Below, piece by piece: positions 13,751 through 24,848 of a stretch of DNA of 64,000 nucleotides. The notes under the pieces are model-generated. The model had not been told where the DNA came from. It made no database searches and saw only the letters and a list, made by a program, of their open reading frames with translations. Position 1 is the first letter of the stretch; the number at the start of each line of letters is the position of its first letter. This DNA is from Isurus oxyrinchus (taxonomy: Eukaryota): assembly GCA_026770705.1 (NCBI GenBank), contig JANJGN010000151.1, positions 248,001 to 312,000 of the forward strand. The letters are read 5' to 3'. Made by a program: the position numbers and the translations under genes.

Positions 13751-14309
13751 CACCATATTGAAGTCCCACAGAACCAGATAAGATATGGGTGGAGATACCT
13801 CCTGGTGATTACCACCTATTGCCTTCCCTCAGCTGATGAATCTGTACTCCTTCATCTTTAGCACTGCATGCAAGAAACACTGAGGGTAGCAAGGGCAATG
13901 AATGTGCTGAGAATTTGCAAAATCAATTACCATGTGACAAGACCACAAATGCCGGAGCTGGATGAGTCCTGAATGACGTATCAGCCAGAATGGACCTGCC
14001 ACAGATGGTTAGAGAGCCAACACGAGGGAAACCCGTACCTGATCTCTGCCCATCACACTATTGACATCGATGTGATTGACCCCTGCACTGTCCTTGCGGA
14101 AACCCAGGCCGGTATTCACACTGAGCACATTCTCCATTGTGTTGTGCGGCACTGCCACAGTGCTAAACGGGATACATTCAGAACAGATCTAGCAGCTCAA
14201 AATTTAGCATCAACGAGATACTGTTGGTCATTAACAGCAGGAGAGTTGCATTCAATCACACCCTGTAATCTCATGGACCAGAATATCCCTCACTCAAACC
14301 TTCGTGTGC

Positions 14310-14980
14310 CTATCTACAGATTCCTGAAGGTAGCAGGGCATGTAGATGAGGTGGTTAAGAAGGCATATGGGTTACTTGCCTTTATTAGTTGAGGCATAAA
14401 ACACAAGAGCAGGGAGGTTATGCTGGAACTGTATCAAACGTTGGTTAGGCCTCAACTGGAGCACTGCGTGAAGTTCTGGTCACCATATTTGTAGGAAGTA
14501 TATGACTGCACTGGAAAGAGTGCAGAGGAGATTTACCAGGATGCTTATTGGGCTGGAGGGTCTGAGCTATGAGGAAAGATTGGATAGGCTGGGGCTGTTT
14601 TCCTTGGAGCAATGATAGTTCAGGGGGTGCTGAGGGGCATAGATAGGGTGGATAGTAAGGCACCTTTTCCATTGGTAGAGGGGTCAGAAACCAGAGAGCA
14701 GAGATTTTAGATACGAGGTAGAAGGCTAAGAGGTGAGTTGAGGAGAATCTTTTTCACCCAGAGGGTGGTAGGAATTTGGAACTCACTGCCTGAAAAGGTT
14801 GTTGAGTCAGAAACTCTAGCAACATTTAAGATGGATTAAAATGTTCACTTAAGCTGCCATAGCCTCCAGGGCTATGAGCCAAGTGCGGGAAAATGGGATT
14901 AGTGTACTCAGATCTTTGTTTACTGGGACGGGAAATGATGGGCTGAATGGCCTCCATCTGTGCTGTAAACGTCTATGAGT
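14310..14980 (+). mobile_element. CR1-like LINE 3' fragment nested in an older LINE relic (about 13800-16210)
   Basis: VVKKAYGLLAFIS..LERVQRRFTRML.GLEGLSYEERLDRLGLFSLE in broken frames; flanks carry decayed RT-like sequence. Confidence 0.8.
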
Positions 14981-16844
14981 CTAAAATCCAGCCTGGGAAC
15001 AATGAGGAATGTAGGCCAGCAGGTCAGAAGCAAAGCCAGGCATACCCAAAAATGATGAACGATAGCGTGAAGCTAGAACATTGTACATAATGGACAACAG
15101 ATCAGGTCTATCTCCTTGCAGCTCAGTCAGTCTACTCTCAATCATCAGTAAAGTGACTGAAGGTGTCGCTGACATGCTCGCCAAAGCTCAGACTGGATCC
15201 ACTAGGATCAGCCAGCATCAAAGCTCATTGCAAACTTGGTCTGAACATGGACAAGAGAGCGGACTTCCAGACAAGATGAATGAGTGCTTCAGTATTTGAT
15301 GTCAAAGTAGCTATTGACTGAATGTGGCATCAGGAAGCCTTGGAAAGTGTCAGGCCAACGGGAATCAGGGGCAAGTCTCTCCACTGGCTGGAGTCACACC
15401 TAGCACATAAGAAGATGTTGTGTTGTTGGAGACCAATCATCTCAGCACCAGGACATCATTCCAGGAGACCCTCAGAGAAATGTCCTTGGTCCAACCATCT
15501 TCAGCAGCTTAATCAATGACCTTCCTTTCATCACTGGGTCAGGAGTGGGGATGTTCGCTCATATTTGCACAGTGTTCAGTTCCATTTATGACCTATCAGA
15601 TAATGAAACCGTCCTTACTTATTTCATCTCGAACTGGACAAGTTTGAGCTGATAAGTTGCAAGTGATATAAGCGGCACTCAAGTGCCAGGCAATGACCAA
15701 CTCCAACAATAGAGAAACCAAACATCTCCCCTTGACGTTCAAAAGACATAACCGTCGCTGAAACCTACCATCAACGTTGTGCAGGTGCCATTGAACAGAA
15801 ACTGAACTGGACCAGCCATATAAATACTGTGGGTACAAGAGTAGGTCAGAGGCTGGGAATGCTGTGGCGAATGACTCACCTCCGGATTCCCTGAAGCCTT
15901 TCCACCATCTGCAAATCTGCAAGTCAGATGCCTGTTGGAAATTGTTTACTTTCCTTGACAAATGTAACTGCAGCAACACTCAAGAACCTCCACACCAACC
16001 AGGGGAAATCAACCCCTTGATAGGCTCCTCATCCAGGAATTAAACATTCATTTCCTTCACCACCGATACACAGTGGCTGCAGTGTGTGTTATCCACAAGA
16101 TGCACTGCAGCAACTCGCCAAGGCCTCTTCAACAACACCTTCCATACCTGTGACTTCCACCTCCCAGAATAACAAGGGCAACAAGCACATGGGAACAAAA
16201 TACCCTGCATCCTCCTACACATACCACTCCAAAAGTGGGAACTTGGCCTTTGGCGCCGGAAAACAAGAGATATCTGAAATCTAATTCTGCTGACTGCACT
16301 GAAAATGAATATCAAGTGCTGTGTAGCATATACGGTTGATCCAATACCATCCTGTCAGATACCGATTTCTAGCCTAATGTCTTTATTATAATATTATCTC
16401 TCCATCTCACAGAAACATGGAGTCATGTAGCTCTAATTTAAACAGAGACATAGATAAAAGCAAAATCCTGCAAATGCTGGAAATCTGAAATTAAGACAGA
16501 AAATGCTGGACAAACTCAGCAGGTTGGACAGCATCTGTGGAGAGAGAAACAGAGTTAATGTTTCGAGTCCATATGACCCTTCTTCAAAAACATAGCCTAG
16601 TGCCATAGTTACAATGACCACTATAATGTAGACATAGTCAAGATTTAATATAACATAAACAGAGACAGGGCCTAGGGTAATATAAACAGAGAAAGAATCC
16701 AGTGCAATACAAACTGAGATGGCTTCCAGTGGTACATTAATGAAATAGGATCTATTTTAATACACACAGAGGCCTGATCCAGCACAATAGAAATAAAGTA
16801 GTTCCCAGGGAATTAATAATCAAACTAGGATCCTGTATAATATG

Positions 16845-17385
16845 GGAGGGATGATCGTGCAGTGGGAACTTCACTGGATCAGTAACCCAGAGATCCAGGT
16901 TTTTTCCCTGGGAATAGGGGTTTGAATCCCGTTATGGCAGCAAGTGCAATCCAAATTCAATTAATAAATCTGGAATTGAAAGCTCGTCTCAACAATGGTG
17001 ACCATGAAACCATAATCAATTATATTAAACATCCACCTGGTTCACTGATGCCCTTTAGGGAAGGAAATCTGCCGTCCTTACCCAGTCTGGACTACATATT
17101 TTTTTGTTCGTTCATGAGAATGGGGGCGGCGCTGACTAGGCCAGCATTTATTGCCCATCCTTAATTACCACCTTGAGAACAGTGTGGTTTGTTAGGATGA
17201 GTTTTTATGACAATGGTTTCATGATCATCATTAGATTTTTCGATTCAAATTTCACCATCTGGCGTGGTGGGATTCAAACGCAGACCCCCAGCGATTTACT
17301 AGCCCAGTGAGAATGCCAGCACATCACCACCTCCCATACATCTAACTCCAGACCCACAGCTTTGTGGAGCCCCATTCTGCAGTTA
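16845..17385. mobile_element. Nested tRNA-derived SINEs
   Basis: Box-B-like GGTTTGAATCCC; body GGTTCACTGATGCCCTTTAGGGAAGGAAATCTGCC is shared with copies at about 20820-21180 and 58690-58870. Confidence 0.7.
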
Positions 17386-18149
17386 CTTGTTTACTTGTCC
17401 ACCACCATTTACGACTGGATGTGACAGGACTGCAGAGGTAAATCCAATCGGTTTGAATTGGGAACTTCCAGACTGTGTGATATAAATATTGGTATTGACT
17501 GGTGCAGTATTAATTGAAACAGGGTACATTGAAATATAAAGAGAGACAGTGTTTGGTCTAACATAAAAATAGTTGGAGTCCAATTTTAAAAGACAGAGAC
17601 AGGGTCCAGTGCAGTACTAACTGAGACAATGCTTGTTTCATGGAATGTATCAGTCAAGATTTCACATCCATCTGCTGGCCAGACTTTGCAATTGCAGCTA
17701 CTGTGAAAATGTCGCTGTCAGGTTAGATCTTTGACATTATTGTATCAAGAATCCGCTTCCCCAGATGTAGTATCACATCGCCTTCTGCAGGAGGTGTCAA
17801 AATTTAACAAAATTCAATTAATTGCAGATGAACGTGGTTGATTAGCGCACGTTAAAGTCAGCACCAGAGTAAAGCGGCCCAATTCCTGGGGATGTAACTT
17901 TGTTCACCTTGATTAAAGGGAGGGATGTTGACCAAGGAGCTGTATAGAGACTGCGGGAGCTTTAATATCCACCTCAACAAACATAGTGTTAGGGAGAGTT
18001 TATTCGTTCATGATACCACCTGATAGACAGTTAGGGTCATTTTCTTCAATAGTTAAGGCCTATGGAGCCTCTCAGGAAGTCAAGGTGGCATCTTAAGTTG
18101 GTCTGTGTGTGTGAGGGAGATTGGGAGGGAGAGAAAGAGCGAGAAGCAC

Positions 18150-19690
18150 ATCACATTGTTTGCAACTGAATTTCACGATGATCCTGGACAGCCTTCCATC
18201 TATGAAAGGTCACAGACACACAATGGAAACAAACCCATTTCAGATGTGCTGATTGCTAAGGAGGCCAATTGTTGTGAGCAGGCTCTGCCACAAGTGCTGC
18301 ACATGAAGCTACAAAGCGTCGTTGTGGCTTGTTGTTTTTCCCGGTGTTGACCTCGATTTCCAAGCCGCTTTAGCCGCTGGTCATGGTGGTGATTCACGCC
18401 AACCCACAGGCGGTGTCGCCATTTTCCTCAGTTGTCAGTTAGTTACACTCAGTTACGATAATCAATGTTTAGGGCCTTCACTTCAAGCAGCCTTGAAGTG
18501 GAGTTTTGGGCGTCCCACTGGTTGCCTGCCTCCAGCTCCCTCACCAAACAGAAAGTCCTTGTGTATGTGACCATCTTCCATCCTGTGAACGTTCCCAAGC
18601 CACAAAAATCGCTTCTGTTTGATGAGTTCTTTAGCCTTGGGAGCTCTGCCTTTGAGAGTATCACTGCATTCGTGCCTTTATCCTGCCAGTACATAACCAT
18701 AATGTGCAGCAGGTATTGAAGATGGAAATTGTGGAGCTTCTTTACTTGACAACTGTAAGTCACCCATGTTTCACAGCCATTCAACAAGGTGCTGAGAACA
18801 CAGGCCTTATAAACCATCAGCTTGGCCCTAAGGGTCAGTTTGATATTATTCCATGGGCGTTTCATGAGTCAGGCAAAGGTGGCAGCTGCTTTCCCCATGT
18901 GGGTAATAAGTTCTCCATCAAGGAACAGGCTGCCTGTCACCTTGGAACCCAGCGAGTGGAATTTACTTCCATCCGTTTGTTATTTAGTGTGATCAATGAC
19001 AGAAATGCAACACCTTTTCCCATGTCCACGGTTTTCTCCATGCTTAAAGTCAGGGAGAACAAGTTACAGGCATAGGACAGTCAGTTCATCAGTCTTTGTG
19101 GATAAGTTTCCATTTTGATGACAGAGTTATCAGCGTGGAGGAATTCTCTGATCAGGATTCAATGTGTTTATATCTTCGCTTTCTGTCTTATAGATTGTGG
19201 AGCTTGCGGTCTGATCAAGTGTGTAAGTCGACTCCTTCCATATCGACAGGGAAGACAAAGATCAGCTGTATGAAAAAGGTGCCCAAAAAAGTGGGGGTTG
19301 GACAAAGGCCTGTTTCACTCCATTCTTCACTCTGAATCTGTCGGAAGTGGAATCATCAATCTGTACAGTGCAGTGCATGTTGTCATGGAAGGAGTGGATG
19401 AGACTGGGGAGCTTTGGTGAACAGCCAGTTTTCCCAAAAATCTTCTAGAGTGGTGCTCTGCTGACGGTGTCGAGCGTATGGAGTGAATCATGTCCAGAGT
19501 ATATCTTCTGACACAAACATCACACTGTGCTTCAGCCTGAAACCAGATGAAGTCTTTAAAGCATGACCCGAGGAATGGCCTTCTCCGTGACTCTGTGAGT
19601 GAGATGTCCCTGTAGTTGTTGCAGTCTCACCTGTCAGCTTTGTTTTCAGATAGTGTGGTGATTTTTGCATCATCCACCTTCTGTGCAACG
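18150..19690 (-). mobile_element. RTE-clade LINE fragment
   Basis: KRPWNNIKLTLRAKLMVYKACVLSTLLNGCETW is an RTE/BovB-type RT C-terminal motif. Confidence 0.8.
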
Positions 19691-19730
19691 GATCTTATCT
19701 TTCAACAGAGAAGAAGGTCGTAGAGGCTGA

Positions 19731-20040
19731 GAAAGATAAATAATTATCAACACCAACCATTATCAATTCACGAAGGTAAATAATTATATTCAAGAATTAT
19801 CATCAATTTGCAAAGATAAATAAGTATTTTCATCAGTTGACAACAATTCACAAAGATAAATAATGACATTCACTAACTATCATCAATTCACAAAGATAAA
19901 TAATTATATTCACCAATTATCATCAACCCACAAAGGTAAATAATTATATTCACCAATTACAATCTATTCACAGGACAAATAATTATATTCAGAAATTATC
20001 ATCCATTCACAAAGATTAATAATTGCATGAACCAATCACT
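19731..20040 (+). repeat. 40-bp AT-rich minisatellite, about 8 copies
   Basis: CAAAGATAAATAATTATATTCACCAATTATCATCAATTCA; starts at 19771, 19811, 19851, 19891, 19931. Confidence 0.9.
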
Positions 20041-20814
20041 TTCAGCATTTTATTCCATACAAAATGTAATTGCGATTCATTTAATATCATTAACGTTGAC
20101 TGAGGTCACATTGACCATTCTGTCAGTAAGGGATCATATCTGTCCCAGAATTCAGTGGGAAATGAAATTAAATCAGACCGAGGTTAATGAGCAGCTACCC
20201 AGCAGCCTCTGCACTTTATTGACTAGTAATCACCTCATCATCACACAGAAACTCCTGATATGTAACTGCAGTGTGTGAGGGTTTGTAAAGTGATGGTATA
20301 AATAAAACTACCTGGACCTGACTGTAAGTTAATGCGGCTCTCCAGTGAGTAATGTCTGTTACCTTCACTAATTTGGGTGAGGATGTGTTGAATGTTTTGT
20401 TGTACATGCAAGGACCACATATTTCAAATATTACAATCCTCCATCCTAAACCGAATTATGTACCCGCTTTCTGTCTGAAAGATGATGATTCACCCTCAGC
20501 AGGGAAGTATCATCGGTACTGCAGGGACATCTCCAGCCTTCTCTTGTGACATTAGCTCGTTAGCCTGGGAATGGAATACATCCAGACAGTCTGGAGGGAC
20601 TGAATGTATTAGACTGACACAAATGAAATACTGAACCTGCTTCAAGATATAAAGTAGTCATGCACCAAGATGGGAAGGTAGAACAGCGTTTTTCAGGCTT
20701 GCCAATAGATAGATTGGTCAACCCATTCATTGATTCTTTAATCAAAATATCCAGACACCCAATTACCATTCATTCCTGCATCACTGCAATCATCCCTCCA
20801 TTCTTTGGCAGACG

Positions 20815-21188
20815 GTTGTGTTGTATTAATGTCACTGGATAAGTAACAAAGACACGAATTCAAATCCCACCATGGCAGCTCGTGGAATTTAAATTCAATA
20901 ATAAATCTGGGATTGAAAGCTGGTCCATTGAAGGAAACTGGGAAACTACCATCGATTGTGGAAAAAAAACTCATCTGATTCACTAATGTCCTTCAGGAAA
21001 GGAAATCTGCCACTGTACCTAGTCTGGCCTACATGTGACTCCAGATCCACAGCAACATGATGGACTCTAACTGCCCTCTGAAATGGCCGAGCAAGGCACT
21101 CAGTTCAAAGGCAATTAGGGACAGGCAACAAATGCTGGCCTTGCCAGTGACTCCCACATCCTGTGAAAGAGCAAAGGGGCAAAAAAAA
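20815..21188 (+). mobile_element. tRNA-derived SINE
   Basis: TTCAAATCCCACCATGGCAG head, shared SINE body, A-rich tail at 21181-21188. Confidence 0.75.
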
Positions 21189-22914
21189 TCACACAAATGT
21201 ATATGTTTGACTGTGACAAAATGTATCCTCTCTCTGAGTCCTTTCTGATAGTCTGCCTGTAATTCTTTCCATCCATTCATCCATCACAATATTATGATGT
21301 GTTGGAGAGATCCTCCAATGAGCCATTAATGCTAACAGGGTGTCAGAGAAGCTAGATAATTTTTCTTTCCTGAGAGATGGGAACAGTTCACATAAATTCA
21401 AAATTTAATAAATAAAGCTGACTCCAGTGTTGTTGCTGGGTAGATTTGTTATGAATAGGCCATGTTGACAATATTAACGGTTTGAAGTTGGCTTGCAGCC
21501 AAGCGGTCAGTACTGAGGAAACAGATCTTTCATTAACTGCACAAACTCCCTGATGCTTCCTGTAAACAACATCGGACATTCGAGCCTCCCTGACTGCAGG
21601 CGGCTGGCTTGCTGCCAAATACTGCGTGGGGCAGATTAGCCTGGGTATGAATCAACAAAATGGGATTTAGCCATTCAAACAAGAAATGTTTCTCTCCCAC
21701 ACGAAAGACACATTTTTAAATGGTATTTCATCTAAGGAAATATTTGAATGATTGCCCTGTTCACTGTGAGATTGAACTCGATCAGAAAATATTAAATTCA
21801 TCAGATATTACTTAGTTTATATTATTTCTAAAAAAGAAAGGGCATTCCAGTTATTAAAGCCGGTTGATTATGAACTTCATGGAGTGCGAGAGAGCGATGT
21901 TGATGATCCCAATCCCCCAGTCTAATGAGCTGAGTAGAATGACAAAAAATTAAAAGAAATTAAATTGAAAGAAAATCATAGAATTGTCTTGAACCTGCAG
22001 GAATTCCTTGAGTATTCTCCCAGTTGTGCACCTCATTTAACCAGAGGGATCTCTTATACCTCATTAGCATCGTGTACTGTACAGTTTTATTTGTGCTGAT
22101 TTCGATTATTTAACAGTCCCTCTCATAGCTGCCAATGAGTGGAGAAATGACCAGTTCATGACCCGCTTCAGTGGAAGATAAAACATTTATTCTTGTGATA
22201 TTGTGTAATATGCCGCAAAGCTTTGATATCCTGTGTTCCCAATACCAGTGAATGGTAGATAGTAGGAGGTCAATAAAATTAGCTGCACTGATTTGGATGC
22301 TGAAGGATAATTTTTCTGATCTCCGTGTTTGTTCTGATTCACTAACTTCTTTATCAAATTTTACGTTTCTCTGTAACCTTACTGTTGAATTATCAGGCAG
22401 GCGGGCTTCTTTTATCGCTAATTTTCAGAGGGCTGTCTTCGGGTCAGGGGCAGATCGAGAAATTCAAGGACAGGCATTGTATAATGTGAGGAAATTCTTC
22501 TTATCTTCGGACCCAAATTGTACAGCGATAGCCCCCCTGGCTGTAAATAGAATCACTTTGTTCATCCCCTGCATTTAGTTACATAAATCAATAATAATTC
22601 CTATGACTGATGACGCTTAATTATTGTAGTGAGATATAGACCCGGGGTTGCTGCAAAACAGACTGACCTTTATTCCCTGATAATGTAATTTAATTTTTTA
22701 GGTTCAACCTCTTGGGAAGTACTGTAGAAATAAATGGATTTACTTTACAATGGAATGAGATTTTTATTAATAGATGCTCAACTGCAATTTCACCATTAGA
22801 ACAAATGGATACATTCCAATGAATCCATTCAGCCAAATATCCCGTTACAGATAAAATGTCCACTTTTAACAATAACCTATTGTAAATATCTGAGTCCATT
22901 CTGTTGGGGATGTG

Positions 22915-23081
22915 GAAGGTGGGGCGTGGATCCAGTCGCCGCCTCCACCAGAGAATCAACAGGCGGCGCCTGGAATCCCGCCCCCTTCTGCCGGGTATTT
23001 AAATGCCGCTCTCTGGGGCCGGAATCCAACAGTCCGGGAGTTGGTTTGTTCACTGAGTTCCGGACAGAACCATTTCCCCAA
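22915..23081 (+). promoter_or_regulatory. VH promoter (TATA-like and GC box, no octamer)
   Basis: TATTTAAAT at 22996-23004 and GGGGCGTGG at 22921, within a GC-rich patch just 5' of the leader ATG. Confidence 0.7.
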
Positions 23082-23139
23082 ATGACCAGGAGGATGAGGT
23101 CGGCGATTTCTCTCAGTTTGTTGCTGACTTTCTTATCCC
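23082..23139 (+). CDS. IGHV: IgH V leader exon (MTRRMRSAISLSLLLTFLS; second ATG at 23094)
   Basis: Hydrophobic signal peptide ending C|GTGAGT, phase 1, matching the V exon acceptor TACAG at 23261-23265. Confidence 0.93.
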
Positions 23140-23265
23140 GTGAGTAGTTTTTATTGTCCAAGTCTCTCACTGTCACTGTCTCAGTGTTAGTCTCTCTCTG
23201 GAATGTGAGAGTCAGGAATCATTTCACCAGGATTAATCCTCGGGGTTTTTGATATATTTTTACAG

Positions 23266-23570
23266 GTGTCCAGTCGGATGTTGTGTTGACTCAGCCAGAG
23301 GCAGACACCGGGCGTCCCGGAGGCTCCCTGACACTGACCTGTAAAACCAGCGGCTTCGATCTTGGCAGCTACTACATGAACTGGGTCCGACAGGTTCCCG
23401 GACAGGGGTTGGAGTGGCTGCTTTACTACTATAGTTCATCCAGCAACTACTACGCCCCAGCAATTAAGAATCGATTTACTGCGTCCAAAGACACTTCAAG
23501 GAACATCTTCTCCTTGGACATGACGAACCTGAAGACTGAAGACACCGCCATCTATTACTGTGCAAGAGAC
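23266..23570 (+). CDS. IGHV: Immunoglobulin heavy-chain variable gene segment (germline, open)
   Basis: [61 protein letters not shown] with canonical Cys, Trp and YYC; shark-type VH. Confidence 0.98.
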
Positions 23571-23609
23571 CACAGCGAGAGGATCCTGGGCTGGACCCGA
23601 ACAAGAACA
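23571..23609 (+). promoter_or_regulatory. VH 23-RSS
   Basis: CACAGCG (23571-23577), 23-nt spacer, ACAAGAACA (23601-23609). Confidence 0.95.
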
Positions 23610-23979
23610 AATCGAGAGGAACTCAAAATCTTCCATCGTAACCTGACGGTCAGTACTTGTTTTAAATGTAATATTAACTGTAATGATCAGAACCCGACAA
23701 CAAGTCGCTTCTGACAAAAGTAAAACAGCAAATTTAACAGTAAAACCTAACAAACCAATTGATATAATGGGCTGAGCTTTTGGTTGTTTTTATATTTACT
23801 GTTAACAGTTTCCGCAATTACAGACCTGGATATAATGTTCATTTTAATATGTCTGACACTTGGAGGGGATCACTGTTCATTGAGTTTTGTAAATTGCTGC
23901 ATAAATGCTAAACTAGACCAGAATTAAATGTATATTTGAAGTGAATATTGAGAGGCAGCACTGAACAGAGAGTGGGTGC

Positions 23980-24059
23980 AGTTTTTGTGCGGGTGTATTT
24001 CACTGTGATACTACAGGGGGTCACAGTGCTGTGCACAGCGACATCCTCATACAAAAACC
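23980..24059 (+). other. IGHD: D1 segment ATACTACAGGGGGT (24008-24021) with 5' 12-RSS and 3' 22-RSS
   Basis: AGTTTTTGT-12-CACTGTG, then D, then CACAGTG-22-ACAAAAACC. Confidence 0.96.
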
Positions 24060-24363
24060 TCAGAAGGAGTTTGTTCAAATTGGTGATCACGATCACAACA
24101 GGAAAAGTCAAAGAAAATGGGAGCTAAAGAAAATAATAGGTATAAGTAATATTGGTTTGTAAAAATATATATAAGTCTTTGTTTGTGTTTACGGACAAGC
24201 TAAATCTTCACAGAGGCTTTTAAAGAATTCCAATCACATTTATAAATATAATGACCAGCACAAGCTGAAATATCTCACTGATTCACTCTTAGGTGAGTCG
24301 GAATCAGGTTTTTGAGAGCGCAGTGAGATTAAATCTCTGTATTTACAGTTAACAGTGTGCCGC

Positions 24364-24432
24364 AGTATTTGACATGGTGTCTCTCACTGTGATATACTGG
24401 GTGGCACAGCAGTTACTGTCAATACAAAAACC
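24364..24432 (+). other. IGHD: D2 segment ATATACTGGGTGG (24392-24404) with 12/12 RSS
   Basis: AGTATTTGA-12-CACTGTG, then D, then CACAGCA-12-ACAAAAACC. Confidence 0.94.
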
Positions 24433-24761
24433 CCTCAGCACTAATTGAGTCTGCCTGGGTCAGTGCTTGCTTTTACAATCCTGCTATATTTACAATGAAG
24501 TATTATTTTTGTCCAGCACTGCCCAAAAAACCTGGTTTAAGATGGAAAAGCTGTGATAATTATCCATTCATCAATTGGTGAATTCAATAACATGTTCATG
24601 TGTTATTCTGTGAATGATAAAACTCGAGGATCATTGATGAGTAGCTACAGATATCTACAAACGCAAATATAATTTCGCGAAGATTCATCGTGACCTCCCT
24701 TTGCTTCTGACTTAGGAATATTTAAAATAATGGTGGATTTCTGTCTTTTTGGTGCAGGGAC

Positions 24762-24800
24762 AGTTATTGTATGGCACAGCCCAGGGAATGTAACACTGTG
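24762..24800 (-). promoter_or_regulatory. JH 23-RSS
   Basis: AGTTATTGT (24762-24770), 23-nt spacer, CACTGTG (24794-24800). Confidence 0.93.
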
Positions 24801-24848
24801 ACGCTATGGGCGACTGGGGACAAGGGACCATGGTGACGGTGACTGCAG
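24801..24848 (+). CDS. IGHJ: JH segment (AMGDWGQGTMVTVTA)
   Basis: WGQG motif; ends G|GTAAG, phase 1. Confidence 0.97.

Noticed and set aside
20290-22900. Protein-like minus-strand stretches upstream of VH, possibly a decayed gene or endogenous virus
   Set aside because: No continuous frame or recognisable motif; cannot be supported without a tBLASTx search.
23556-23562. Cryptic heptamer TACTGTG in FR3 (VH replacement signal)
   Set aside because: Largely dictated by the YYCA codons, and there is no upstream V in this window.
23571-23714. ORF-track extension of VH past CAR
   Set aside because: Read-through into the RSS and the V-D spacer; not a germline-joined gene.
24307-24315. GGTTTTTGA nonamer suggesting a third D segment
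   Set aside because: No heptamer at 12 or 22-23 nt distance.
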